Both the position numbers and the translations under genes were made by a program. Positions 22,050-32,375 of a DNA stretch of 64,000 bases are shown here, piece by piece. Under the pieces are notes generated by a model. It saw only the letters and a program-made list of their open reading frames with translations, ran no database searches and had not been told where the DNA came from. Position 1 is the stretch's first letter; each line of letters begins with the position of its first letter. This DNA is from an uncultured delta proteobacterium (GTDB lineage: Bacteria; Desulfobacterota; BSN033; UBA1163). The stretch is from the NCBI GenBank assembly GCA_963708295.1, contig CAVPSJ010000006.1:1-64000 (forward strand), given 5' to 3'.

Positions 22050-23087
22050 TCAACGGATGCCTATTTCCTCGAGGCCTTCCAAAACGTCCTTCACTTCGAC
22101 CGCCCTGAGACACTCCGGGTCCCTGCATTGGAAGAATTTCTCTTGAGAACACGGAGAGCAGTGGATTCCCCTCCAAACCACAAACGTCTCTTCCCCCCTC
22201 GGGGACCAGACGCTTTGGTCCGTGGGACCAAAGATGGCCAGTGTCGGAAGTCCTAACGCAGCCGCCATGTGAGAGATACCGGAATCATTTCCAACGAAAA
22301 ACCGGCATCCGTCCATCACAGAGGCCAGCTGGAGAAGCGTCAGCCCCTTCGCCAGGACCGGGGAGTTGGGTCCCGTTGTTTCAAACGCCTTCCGGACCTC
22401 TGGCCCCTCGGCCGGGCCAAGAACGACAAGGATTTTTGAGTGATAACGATCTTGAAGGATACGAGCGAGATTCAAGAATCGATCCAGCGGCCACGCCTTC
22501 TTCTTGCTCCCGCTCCCCGGATGGAGGATGAACACCTTCGACCGTTCTCCCGGGGACACCCCCCGGCTTTCCCAGAAATTTCTTGCCCACTCTCGGTCCG
22601 ACTTCTTTAAATAGAGCCTGGGATTGGGTCCGGAGGGGCGAATCCCGTACTGGTCAAGCTGCTTGAGAAGATGATCGGTGATATGAACCTTCTCATCCAA
22701 AGGCGGAAAGGGGTGGATGGGAAGGATTTGTCCCTGACACACTCTCTTCAAATTTCCGATCACCGTTCCCTCTCCGTCCTTTCCAAAGGCAACGATGAGA
22801 TCGAATGTCTTGAAGAACTCCGAGAGCGTAAAATCTAGATTCCCTTCTCGAGTAAAGAAGGAGGCCATTCCTTTTTGGTCCACCGAGAAGATGTCATCCG
22901 CGTAGAATCGCTCGTGCGCCAACTCCAGGATTCGCGGATATCCCATGATCACTGATTTCGCATGCGGAAAAGCCTTTCGAAGGGTTTCGAGGGTGGGCAA
23001 CGCAAGAATGAAATCACCCAGGGCGCCCTGGTGAAGGATCAGGATGGATTGAACCTCAGGGTCTTTTTTTGAATCAGGAGAGGCCAT
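22050..23087 (-). CDS. glycosyltransferase family 9 (heptosyltransferase-like)
   Basis: GALGDFIL, HPGSGSKKKAWP, GNDSGISHMAAALG.PT.AIFGPT. Confidence 0.9.
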   Translation of the reverse strand: MASPDSKKDPEVQSILILHQGALGDFILALPTLETLRKAFPHAKSVIMGYPRILELAHERFYADDIFSVDQKGMASFFTREGNLDFTLSEFFKTFDLIVAFGKDGEGTVIGNLKRVCQGQILPIHPFPPLDEKVHITDHLLKQLDQYGIRPSGPNPRLYLKKSDREWARNFWESRGVSPGERSKVFILHPGSGSKKKAWPLDRFLNLARILQDRYHSKILVVLGPAEGPEVRKAFETTGPNSPVLAKGLTLLQLASVMDGCRFFVGNDSGISHMAAALGLPTLAIFGPTDQSVWSPRGEETFVVWRGIHCSPCSQEKFFQCRDPECLRAVEVKDVLEGLEEIGIR

Positions 23088-23294
23088 CCGTTTTTTCCTC
23101 TCAGTCAGGAAATTTTTCCCGGATGCTTCCGATGAAGCACCCCATGGAAGGCCCCTTGCTGAAGACCATTCCTTCACCGTCCCAAAAGTGACCCCGGAAT
23201 CATCGATATTGCTCCGGTTCATGACCTGGCAAACACTCGCCTGGATGACAAAATCCTTTTCTAACATCGGACCTCAGCCACGATTCCTTCGGCT

Positions 23295-23684
23295 TTAAGA
23301 GGGATCGACCTCTTTCTCCAACGCCCTCTCGATCGCGTCCAATAGCTCCTCGGGGTCGTAAGGTTTCTTTACGTAGAAACGAGCCCCCAGCGCCATAGCC
23401 TTTTCCTCCGAGTTCCTATCCGGGCTCCCCGTCAGAAAGATCACCGGAACAGCAACGGTATCCGTGGACTCCCTCAATTTCTCGGCAACGCTGAATCCAT
23501 TCCCCGCCGGCATTCGGATATCCAGGAGGATGAGATCCGGTTTTTCTTTGAGGGCCATGAAAATACCCTGAGCCCCGTCAAAGGCGGTGACGACTTCATA
23601 TCCCGCTCGACTGAGCCGGATCGTCAACGCCTTGACAATATCCCGCTCGTCATCGACGATAAGAATCCTTTTTTTCTCCCCCAT
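23295..23684 (-). CDS. single-domain response regulator
   Basis: ILIVDDE, PDLILLDIRMP, VIFLTG, KP. Confidence 0.93.
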   Translation of the reverse strand: MGEKKRILIVDDERDIVKALTIRLSRAGYEVVTAFDGAQGIFMALKEKPDLILLDIRMPAGNGFSVAEKLRESTDTVAVPVIFLTGSPDRNSEEKAMALGARFYVKKPYDPEELLDAIERALEKEVDPS

Positions 23685-23755
23685 ATTCTCCCCACTCTCC
23701 CCCTCGGCTCTTTATGATCTCCCGGCTATTCTTGAACCATGCATCGGGCCATGCA

Positions 23756-25066
23756 TCAAGGGCTCATCCCCTTCGTCTCCTGCGAACGCGGGTCAGGGGA
23801 GTCCCCCTGAAGCCAGCCTGCCATCTCGTCCCTTGTTTGATGGAAAGCCTCCATCTCTCCCTTTTCGATGGGAAAGCCCGTAGGAAAGATTTCTCTCAGC
23901 GGATTCCGGAAATGTCCATCTTTGGACAGCCGATAGTCCAGATGGGGCCCGGTGGAAAGACCGGTCGATCCGACATATCCGATGATCTGTTTCTGGCTCA
24001 CCCGCGCTCCCCTTCTGATCCCAGGGCCAAAACCGGAAAGATGACCATAGTAGGTGGTATACCCGTTCATATGGCGGAGGATAACCTGATTCCCGAATCC
24101 ACCATTCCATCCGCACGACGTAACGGTTCCGTCGGACACAGCCCATATCGGCGTACCGGGCGGAGCCGCGTAATCCACGCCATAATGGGGTCGCAGTCCT
24201 CCCAGGATCGGGTGTTTTCTGGCCTGGCTGAATTTCGAGCTAATCCGGTTAAACCTCAAAGGAACTTTCAAGAAGGCTCGCTTCAAGGAAATTCCTTTCC
24301 CGTTATAATATCCGTCCTTATACCGGATTCCTTGAATGATCCTTTCTCCCCTCTGGTACTCTACGGCACGGATCGGTCCATATTGGATAAATTGATCTCC
24401 TTTATAAAGTTTCTCCACGACCACTTTGAATCGATCCCCCTCCCGGACATCTTTATAAAAATCGATTTCCCAGGCCAGGATTTCCGCAAAGGCAATCGTC
24501 AAGGGATCCTGCTCCCCGGCCGCGTCCATCGCCTCGAAGAGAGAGGAACGAATCTCTCCAACGACTTTGACCAGACGGCTTTCCAGGAGAACTTTCTTTC
24601 TTTGGACAACGTACCCTTCGGAATCTTTCTCAATCTCATAAATCTCCGTAGGACTCGCTTCATAAATGAACCTTACCAGCTCTCCCTTCATATCATGGAA
24701 GTACTGGTAAGTTCCTCCTTTGATCTTCCTAAAATTAACGTGCGGTTTTAGTTTCGAGATAATGAGATCGATCCATTGAAGAGGAATGCCCTTCTCGGAT
24801 AAGGATTGGAAAAGGGTGCTCCGGTCTTTCACCTTCCCTTCAATGGTTTGGAGCGGGGGCTCCTGTGAAGCCGACGAAACGGGAGCAGGAGTAGGAGCGG
24901 TAGCGGGAGGCGGTGGAGGGGTGGAGGGGATGACAAAAAAGTAGACCAGGAAGAAAAGGCCGACGAGAGAAAATCCTGAGAGAAGAAACCATTTCCGCCT
25001 CTTCCTCTTGGCCTTAAAAGGTCTTCCTTCGAACCGACCCAATTTCCCCGACTCTAATGGCTCCAT
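23756..25066 (-). CDS. M23 family metallopeptidase (MepM-like)
   Basis: HYGVDY, YGHLS, TGPHLDY; N-terminal TM helix. Confidence 0.92.
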   Translation of the reverse strand: MEPLESGKLGRFEGRPFKAKRKRRKWFLLSGFSLVGLFFLVYFFVIPSTPPPPPATAPTPAPVSSASQEPPLQTIEGKVKDRSTLFQSLSEKGIPLQWIDLIISKLKPHVNFRKIKGGTYQYFHDMKGELVRFIYEASPTEIYEIEKDSEGYVVQRKKVLLESRLVKVVGEIRSSLFEAMDAAGEQDPLTIAFAEILAWEIDFYKDVREGDRFKVVVEKLYKGDQFIQYGPIRAVEYQRGERIIQGIRYKDGYYNGKGISLKRAFLKVPLRFNRISSKFSQARKHPILGGLRPHYGVDYAAPPGTPIWAVSDGTVTSCGWNGGFGNQVILRHMNGYTTYYGHLSGFGPGIRRGARVSQKQIIGYVGSTGLSTGPHLDYRLSKDGHFRNPLREIFPTGFPIEKGEMEAFHQTRDEMAGWLQGDSPDPRSQETKGMSP

Positions 25067-25114
25067 GTTGGGCTCTTCATCTTAAATTTGCAGAAAAACC
25101 ATCCCGAAAAGGTG

Positions 25115-26101
25115 TCATAGCATCCCCCTCAAGAAACGCGAGGCATCTTCGGGAGGCGTGGGATTGACAAAAAAACCCGTCCCCCATTCGAACCCTTCCC
25201 TCAGTCCGATTCGTAATCGGGTTTCCATGTGCCAGTGGTATTCCGACCGGTGGAATCGCTGGACGGGAGAAGTGTGCAACGTAAGACTATAGGGCGGATC
25301 CGCAAGGAGTTCAAAGAAACAATGGAACAGCGACTGAATCCCGGCGGATAGGTCCGCCACCTGTGCTTCGGTGATGTTGTGAAAATCAGGGGAGTGAAAC
25401 TTTGGGACGATCCAGGTTTCAAAGGGGTAGCGTGAGGCAAACGGGGAGAAGATCAAGAAATGGACGGTTTCCAGAATCACCCTTTTCTTAACCGAGATTT
25501 CTTCCTTAAGGATGTCACAGAAAATACAGCGCTCCTTCCGTTGATAGTAATCCAGCGTCCCGTAGATCTCCTCGTCGATTCGCTTCGGGATGACCGGCAT
25601 CGCCAGGATGTGGGAATGGGGGTGGCGGTTAAAGATGCCCGGGTAATTCTTCAAGATCAGGAACTGCTCAAATCGCCGATCCTTTCCCAACTCGATCAGC
25701 CTCCCCTTATAGGCCAACAGGATTTTCTCAATCTGCCTCGGATCAAAAGTGGCCAGGTTCTGATCATGCTCAGGAGCCTCGACAACGATCTCATGGGCGC
25801 CGATGGCCTCCATGACATCGTACATCCCCTCCGGTCTCCGGTCGAAAGTCCCTTCGATATGGAAGAAAGGGAACTTATTCGGAATCACCCGAACGGACCA
25901 TCTTCCCCCTCCCTCCTGTTTCAACGAAAAAGTCTCCTGGGGGGTCATCCCTTCGTTGCCCGGACAGAAGGGACAGGGCCCCTCCGTGTCACGGCGGCCG
26001 AAAGGCGGCTTGAAGGAAAGGTAATCCGCCGGCCCTTTGGGATCGTCGTTGGTCACCACCACCCACATTCCTGTCACAGGCTCTCTTCTCAGTTCTGCCA
26101 T
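25115..26101 (-). CDS. GalT-like HIT-superfamily nucleotidyltransferase
   Basis: ELRR.P..G.WV, CPFCPGNE..TP, VRVIPNKFP, CIFCD, YHWH.E, GFEWGTG; active site HPHSH. Confidence 0.85.
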   Translation of the reverse strand: MAELRREPVTGMWVVVTNDDPKGPADYLSFKPPFGRRDTEGPCPFCPGNEGMTPQETFSLKQEGGGRWSVRVIPNKFPFFHIEGTFDRRPEGMYDVMEAIGAHEIVVEAPEHDQNLATFDPRQIEKILLAYKGRLIELGKDRRFEQFLILKNYPGIFNRHPHSHILAMPVIPKRIDEEIYGTLDYYQRKERCIFCDILKEEISVKKRVILETVHFLIFSPFASRYPFETWIVPKFHSPDFHNITEAQVADLSAGIQSLFHCFFELLADPPYSLTLHTSPVQRFHRSEYHWHMETRLRIGLREGFEWGTGFFVNPTPPEDASRFLRGML

Positions 26102-26111
26102 CGCACCCTTT

Positions 26112-26699
26112 CTAAAAGAGGAGGGACTGGTAAATATATTGTCTTCCCCGATGGGAATCTTCTTTTCCCATGATCGCCCCCTCGACTCGCACAACGAGAC
26201 GCTTCTTGTAAAGATTGAGAAGCCGCGTGCCGCTCGTGTTCATCTCAATCCCTTCCTCCTCCGATAATTCCCTGAGCGTCAACTGCCTCCTCTTCATCAC
26301 CCGGGTCAGCGTGTGGACCAAATAATTATTCAGCGAACCGATCAGTTCCCATTCTTCCGTCCCCGTGGCCAGGACCGCCAATTTTTTTCTTTCCAGGGCG
26401 ACGCCGATGTTCTCCACTTGTGAGGGACTGAGATTTTTCAGGAGAAGAAACTTTTCGCCGTATTCACCACTCCACAACCGGGAGACCATCTTGGCCACAA
26501 CCTCGTCGGCCCAGGAAAAATCGATGGGCCCCATCCCGGAGAAATCGAGGACCAGGCAAACCGATCCCTTCTCCTTTCCCAGAATCCTCTCAAGGCCCTC
26601 CCGGATCCGGATACCCCGTGAGCGGCCGGCCATCTCCTTCGACCCGTTTCTCAACAGGGCGTGGGTCAGTTTCCTCAGAGAGAGGGTGCGCTTTTCCAT
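26112..26699 (-). CDS. STAS-like domain plus winged-helix protein
   Basis: LVLDFSG...IDFSWADE (STAS-like); C-terminal TLRELS...TRLLNLYKKRLV.R...GRQYIY (wHTH). Confidence 0.7.
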   Translation of the reverse strand: MEKRTLSLRKLTHALLRNGSKEMAGRSRGIRIREGLERILGKEKGSVCLVLDFSGMGPIDFSWADEVVAKMVSRLWSGEYGEKFLLLKNLSPSQVENIGVALERKKLAVLATGTEEWELIGSLNNYLVHTLTRVMKRRQLTLRELSEEEGIEMNTSGTRLLNLYKKRLVVRVEGAIMGKEDSHRGRQYIYQSLLF

Positions 26700-27099
26700 C
26701 GTCGTCTTCTTCTTCTTCTTCAATTGATTCAGTTGAACCAATTAACCACAATCCTCAGCGCTTGTCAAGTGATTTTTAGGAAACAGTGTCGCCCATTGCA
26801 GCCCTGAAGGAAGAGACAATCGAGTTCCTGGCTCTTATGAATAGGTCCACGAATGAGTAGACATCTGACTAACCCCACCCCCACCCTGCCCTCCCCCTGA
26901 AGGGGAGGGAAAGCATTATGTTCCTCCCCCTTCAAGAGGTTAGGAGGGGGATGGGGATTTTGCCCGAGCAGTATAATCATCTTCTCAATGACGGCCTTAT
27001 TGATAGCATGCGGTCTTCGAGGAATGGCCAAGCGTTGCTTGCGGAGAATGGAATCAGGGACCTCAGGTGTTCCATCAAGAGGGCTGCGGGGACACGGTT

Positions 27100-27411
27100 T
27101 CAATGAAGAACGGAGTCCGGATCTGTTCGAATCCGAAAGGGGCCTTCCCAGGGGTGCCGAATCTCATCTACGAGCCGATCCCGGCAGCTCTTGCACATGA
27201 TCAGGGTGATCTCTTCATAGACATCTTTCTCCATCTCCTTAGGGTCCGCCTGTTCAACTTCCTCAAGCAGACTCTTCAATTGTTGATCGACATCCCCGGC
27301 CGGTTCTGAAAGGATCCCGTCAAAACCCGAAAAAACCTTGATATGGACGACGTAGAATAAGCCGCCCGGCTGGAGACCTTTCCCGCATCTGGAACAATTT
27401 CTTCCTTTCAT
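27100..27411 (-). CDS. hypothetical protein with two CxxC motifs
   Basis: CSRC ... CKSC; GAGG RBS. Confidence 0.7.
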   Translation of the reverse strand: MKGRNCSRCGKGLQPGGLFYVVHIKVFSGFDGILSEPAGDVDQQLKSLLEEVEQADPKEMEKDVYEEITLIMCKSCRDRLVDEIRHPWEGPFRIRTDPDSVLH

Positions 27412-27513
27412 CGTTTCCTCGTTAGACTCCCCTCCCCCTGAGAGACCGTGTCGCAGTATGAAAATGCGCCATTTTCCCCCTTCTTCAAACTTCATTCCAG
27501 CTTTCCGGAAAAG

Positions 27514-27615
27514 GAGAGAGGCGGTCGGGTGAAAAAGATTTAGAGCGGCAACCTTTAACCGTTTGGATTCATGGTGCTAACCCTATGAAGACGTTCGATT
27601 GCGACACAGTCTCTC
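27514..27615. ncRNA. partial/diverged copy 3 of the rod-like element
   Basis: cgggtgaaaaagatttagagcggcaacctttaacc aligns with the left arm of copies 1 and 2. Confidence 0.45.
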
Positions 27616-28921
27616 ATATTTCATTCTTCTTTTTCCACGCTTCCATTTCTTTCAGAGCTCGCTTTGCCAGAAGAAGCCGTTTCCCCTTGCCTCTGTTCTT
27701 ACCCCCTAAAGGAGGGAACAGACCAAAGTTGATGTTCATGGGTTGAAAGGGAACAGCACCGGAATGGGTGATGTAATCGACTAATGCTCCGATGGCAGTC
27801 GTGAACGGGGGAACAAGGGGCGTCATCCCGTTCGCGTGTCGATGAGCGTTGATTCCGCAGAGCAGCCCGATCGCTGTCGATTCCATGTATCCCTCTACCC
27901 CGGTCATTTGACCGGCGAAGAAGAGGTTCGGATGGGTTGTCAGCTGGAGGGATTCACTCAATAATCGGGGAGAGTCGATAAAGGTATTGAGATGCATGGA
28001 ACCCAGCCGAACAAATTCTGCTTTCTCTAATCCCGGAATCATTCGGAATACCCTCTTCTGTTCTTCATGCTTCAACCGAGTCTGGAACCCTACTAGATTG
28101 AAAAGCGTTTCAAACCGATCCTCCTGCCTCAGCTGGACGACGGCAAAAGGCTGTTTTCCCGTCCTCGGGTCGATGAGGCCCACCGGCTTGAGGGGCCCAA
28201 AGGCAAGAGTCTCCCTCCCCCGCCCCGCCATCTCCTCAACAGGAAGACACCCTTCAAAGAGATATTTTTTTTCAAACGGATGAACCAGGGCTTTTTCCGC
28301 CTGATTCAAGGCCTCTACAAATCGGTGATAGACTTCTTCATCCATCGGGCAGTTGACATAGTCTTCTCCCCCTTTCCCATACCTGGAGGACCTGAAGGCG
28401 TTCTGATAATTGATCGAATCCGCAGTCACGATGGGTGAGATGGCATCGTAGAAAAAAAGGTGACGGGACCCCGTCACCTTCTGAATTTCCCTGCTCAAAC
28501 TTTCTGAGGTAAGAGGACCCGTCGCAATAATCGTAATCCCATCCTGGGGAAGAGAAGAGACTTCCTTCCGGATCACCTCTACATTCTCCATGTTTTCCAG
28601 GGCCTGGGTGATCTGTTTTGAAAAAACTTCTCGATCCACGGCCAGGGAGTCGCCTGCTGGAACCCTTGCCTCTTTTGCTACTTTTAAGATGAGGGATCCC
28701 ATGAGAGCCATTTCCTCTTTCAGGACCCCCGAAGCGTTCTCAATGGATTGTGATTTAAGAGAATTGCTGCACACCAATTCGGCAAAGAAGGGAGACTTGT
28801 GGGCCAGAGAATAGACCTCCGGTTTCATCTCATAGAGGGTGACCTTCCCTCCCCTCCTGGCAATCTGCCAGGCCGCTTCGCACCCCGCCAGCCCAGCACC
28901 GATGACGACAACCGGTTCCAT
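27614..28921 (-). CDS. trmFO: FADH2-dependent tRNA (uracil-5) methyltransferase
   Basis: VIGAGLAGCEAA, AELVCSNS, FEGCLP, FGPLKPVGL, FQPMNINFG. Confidence 0.97.
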   Translation of the reverse strand: MEPVVVIGAGLAGCEAAWQIARRGGKVTLYEMKPEVYSLAHKSPFFAELVCSNSLKSQSIENASGVLKEEMALMGSLILKVAKEARVPAGDSLAVDREVFSKQITQALENMENVEVIRKEVSSLPQDGITIIATGPLTSESLSREIQKVTGSRHLFFYDAISPIVTADSINYQNAFRSSRYGKGGEDYVNCPMDEEVYHRFVEALNQAEKALVHPFEKKYLFEGCLPVEEMAGRGRETLAFGPLKPVGLIDPRTGKQPFAVVQLRQEDRFETLFNLVGFQTRLKHEEQKRVFRMIPGLEKAEFVRLGSMHLNTFIDSPRLLSESLQLTTHPNLFFAGQMTGVEGYMESTAIGLLCGINAHRHANGMTPLVPPFTTAIGALVDYITHSGAVPFQPMNINFGLFPPLGGKNRGKGKRLLLAKRALKEMEAWKKKNEI

Positions 28922-29211
28922 CGCCCTCTATTCTATTTGGTCTCTCCTGAATTTGCAAAATAAAATTCCAAGCCCGAGATGACCACGAAATGTCCCCCCT
29001 CATCCTTCCCTCTCCCCCAAGGGGAGAGGGATAAAATGAGGGGATACAACCCCGATAAAAAAAGACCTTTCCCTGATGTCAAAGGATCATGTCTCACTCA
29101 ATGGCTGGAGGGATATGAAAGTTGCCATGAGATTAAATTCTTGGTATAGATGAGTCTACTTCCGGTGAAAAAGTGGGGGGATGTAATCAGATCCGTTAAA
29201 AAAAGGGACAA

Positions 29212-29679
29212 ATGAAAAAAATAGAACTTACCAATCCTGCCGGAACAAATGCCCCGATCATCACCCACGCGTTTGCGGTGGATAAGGGCCGTTACGGATC
29301 GATCTGGAAAATTTATATCGAGGCAGAGGACGCGGATGGAGATATGGACAAAATTGCCGTGGTCGTCGACCAGACGGGTTACGGTCATTACCCGACGGAA
29401 TGGATTTTCCTAAAACCCAAATTTAGAGAATATCTGATTGGATATCTTCAATGGAATACCTTCAGCTCAAAAGCCTCGAATTTTCCGGAATGGACACAGA
29501 TCACCGTGAAGGTTTCCATTTTTGACAAAGCTGGGAATGAAAGCAATCAGGTGGTTTTCCCGTTTACATTCGAGTCCGGAGCAAAAAATCAAAAATACGA
29601 ACTCCCAGCTCCGTTCGATAAAGAGAACATCCCCCGGTTAGGAAATATTGCGATTGATCTTCATTATGTCACTTATTAG
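29212..29679 (+). CDS. hypothetical protein (155 aa), beta-rich
   Basis: RBS-like AGGGA; AEDADGDM and DKAGNESN motifs typical of Ig-like folds. Confidence 0.7.
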   Translation: MKKIELTNPAGTNAPIITHAFAVDKGRYGSIWKIYIEAEDADGDMDKIAVVVDQTGYGHYPTEWIFLKPKFREYLIGYLQWNTFSSKASNFPEWTQITVKVSIFDKAGNESNQVVFPFTFESGAKNQKYELPAPFDKENIPRLGNIAIDLHYVTY

Positions 29680-29880
29680 CAGGTTGCTCGAAAAGTGATT
29701 ATTTCGCAGACTGCTCAAACATGGACCTGCCTTCGTCTCGCAGGGCGGGACTTCGCGCAGGTAGGCGAGATCCTTCTTGGGGAACGCATATATGCGTTCC
29801 CTGACAATGTACGCCGCAACGACGAAGGATGAGGGAAATCCCGCGAAGCGCGGGACTGATGGGCGTTTTTGAGCAGCCCG
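29680..29880. mobile_element. MITE-like element with nested palindromes
   Basis: ends caggttgctcgaaaa / tttttgagcagcccg; core is the reverse complement of the 36415 element. Confidence 0.65.
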
Positions 29881-31461
29881 CTAGACCTTGAATGCCCCTT
29901 CGCTTCCGATATATCGCTTCCTCAACTTTGTCTTTTCCAATTTGCCGGTAGGGTTCCGCGGGACCTCTCCTAAAAAGATCTTTCGGGGCCGCTTGTATTT
30001 CGGCAGTTTCTCACAGTATTGAAGGATCTCTTCTTCGGTAAGTGATTTGCCCGGAACCACATCTATCACGACGGCAACAATTTCACCCAGTCGCTCGTCA
30101 GGATAGCCAATGGCCGCCACATCCTTCACGCCTGGATGGGTATGGAGGAAATTCTCCACTTCAATCGGGAAGACATTCTCGCCGCCGACGATGATGACAT
30201 CCTTCTTTCTGTCTACGATATAAATGAAGCCGTCTTCATCCTGTCTCGCCATATCTCCCGTGTAGAGCCATCCATCCTTTAGTGCCCGCGCCGTGGCTTC
30301 AGGGTTCTTGTAATACTCCCGCATCACCCCGTTCCCACGAAGGAGAAGCTCGCCGGTCTGTCCCCGGCTGACGTTCTTGCTATCTTCGTCTACAATACGG
30401 GTCTCCCAGTTGAATCCCGGCCTGCCGATGGCCCCGACCTTATGGATATTCTCAATCCCGAGGTGCACGCAGTTCGGGCCGGTGCTTTCACTCAACCCGA
30501 ATGTCGTGTCATAGGCCATCTCCGGAAAATACTTCCTCCAGTGCGTGATCAGGGAAGGTGGAACCGGCTGCGCCCCGATATGCATCAGGCGCCACTGGGA
30601 GAGCTTGTAATCTTTCAGCTTCAGCTCGCCGCTGTCCAGTTTGACCAGGATATCCTGCGCCCAGGGGACCAGAAGCCAGACAATGGTGCCCCCTTCCTCG
30701 CTCGCGGCTTCGAGAATCGATTCCGGAGAGATGCCCTTCAGGATCACCGCGGCCCCTCCGACGATAAAGCTGCCCAGCCAGTGCATCTTCGCTCCTGTAT
30801 GATAAAGGGGAGGGATGAGGATGAAGATATCCTTCTTGGTCTGAAAATGATGGATGTTCTCAGTGATACATGCATTGGCCATGTTCAGGTGGGTCAACAG
30901 GATCGGTTTGGGCTGGCCCGTCGTCCCGGAAGTAAAGTAGAGCCCGCAGGGATCGTCAAACGTGATAGGCACTCCAGGCGGCGTGGCATCTGATCCGGAT
31001 AGAACTTTGGAAAATGATTCCGCATAAGGAGGGATCTTCTCCCCCACACAGATAAGGTGTTTGACAGACGAAAGGCCCTCCCGGATCGGCCCTACCCTCT
31101 CCGCGAATTCCTCGCCGAATACGAAGACGGCCGGCTCTGCCACATCGCAACAGTATTCAATGTCGCTGCTTGTGAAGCGAAAGTTGAGAGGCACCACCCA
31201 TGCCCCTGTCCGGATGATCCCGAAATAGACGACGAGCCAGTCGATCGAGTTGTTCATGAGGTGTATGACTTTGTCGCCTTTCTTGATGCCCCTGGACGAA
31301 AGACCGTTTGCGAAACGATTTGCGCGCTCGTCGAATTCACGCCAGGTAATCGTGCTTCTTTTCTTTTCCGCCGGTATCCTTTCGATAAGAGCAACGTCAT
31401 CGGGATACATCCGGGCATTCCTTGCCAGCATCTCACCGATGTGGATCTGGATATCCCTCAT
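29881..31461 (-). CDS. acyl-CoA synthetase (class I adenylate-forming enzyme)
   Basis: YFTSGTTGQPK, FGLSE, GWLYTGD, VDRKKD, RNPTGK. Confidence 0.93.
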   Translation of the reverse strand: MRDIQIHIGEMLARNARMYPDDVALIERIPAEKKRSTITWREFDERANRFANGLSSRGIKKGDKVIHLMNNSIDWLVVYFGIIRTGAWVVPLNFRFTSSDIEYCCDVAEPAVFVFGEEFAERVGPIREGLSSVKHLICVGEKIPPYAESFSKVLSGSDATPPGVPITFDDPCGLYFTSGTTGQPKPILLTHLNMANACITENIHHFQTKKDIFILIPPLYHTGAKMHWLGSFIVGGAAVILKGISPESILEAASEEGGTIVWLLVPWAQDILVKLDSGELKLKDYKLSQWRLMHIGAQPVPPSLITHWRKYFPEMAYDTTFGLSESTGPNCVHLGIENIHKVGAIGRPGFNWETRIVDEDSKNVSRGQTGELLLRGNGVMREYYKNPEATARALKDGWLYTGDMARQDEDGFIYIVDRKKDVIIVGGENVFPIEVENFLHTHPGVKDVAAIGYPDERLGEIVAVVIDVVPGKSLTEEEILQYCEKLPKYKRPRKIFLGEVPRNPTGKLEKTKLRKRYIGSEGAFKV

Positions 31462-31524
31462 ATGTCCCTCCTCAGGATAGTTATTACAAGGAGCATGAAA
31501 TAGCCTCCATCTCGGGATTGGATC

Positions 31525-31744
31525 TTCACCGCCCACTCGTCCTCGAACAACAGGACTCGTTAGAGACGCGGAGGTCGCTGAGTAGGATATCTTTCTTATG
31601 AAGAATCGGGAGATGCCGATTCTTCATAAGCCTATGGCCTTCGGCTAGGAATCTTTCCAGCCCGGTTGGAGTGTAATTTGCCTGTCGGTATCTCTCGACA
31701 AGCAAATTAGCTTTTCTCCGCGTTCTCTGCGACTCTGCGGTGAT
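31525..31744. repeat. TTCACCGC...GCGGTGA palindromic repeat with nested hairpins
   Basis: ttcaccgc ... agagacgcggaggtcgctgag ... ctccgcgttctctgcgactctgcggtga; internal cttatgaagaatcgg/ccgattcttcataag. Confidence 0.65.
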
Positions 31745-31766
31745 TGAAAACAGTTCTCTGCTCTTC

Positions 31767-32364
31767 TTAGCAACTGGCTCTTCTTCCTTCATGGAAGGCT
31801 TTGATGTTCAGGTCATGCAGCTTTGCCGGCAGGAGTGCCCGGATGGCGTCGGTCCACTGCTCTTCCTTGATTTCCGGGAAAAAATTGGAGAAGGCGCCGA
31901 TGAGAACCACGTTCGCAGCCTGGATATTGCCGAGCTTTCTCGCGATCTCCTGTCCGTTGATGATCCGGACATTGTCTTTGAAGTATTTCTTGAACGTCTC
32001 TTCCACGTCCTTCGGATACTCCATCTGCCCGAGGCTGACGGCAGGCGGCAAGATCGCCTGTTGATTGAGGACGACCTTTCCGTTCGGCTTTACCCAGTTG
32101 ATGTAGCGCAGCGCTTCGAGCAGCTCAAAGGAGATGAGAAAATCGGCCTCCCCGTAGGCAATGAGCGGGCGAGTAAACTTTCTTCCCGAACCGGAAATGG
32201 GTGGTCACATCTCCACCCCGCTGGGCCATCCCGTGGACCTCGGACTTTTTCACATCGTACCCGGCTTTGAGGAAGACTTCACCGAGGATATTGCTCGCAA
32301 GGATCGTCCCCTGGCCGCCAACTCCTGACAAGAATATGTTTGTCACTTTCCCGTTTTTTTTCAT
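31767..32364 (-). CDS. iorB: indolepyruvate:ferredoxin oxidoreductase beta subunit (frameshifted)
   Basis: GVGGQGTILAS, KSEVHGMAQRGG; C-terminal NVVLIGA...N.KAF.EG in another frame. Confidence 0.88.
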
Positions 32365-32375
32365 GGCTCCTCTCC

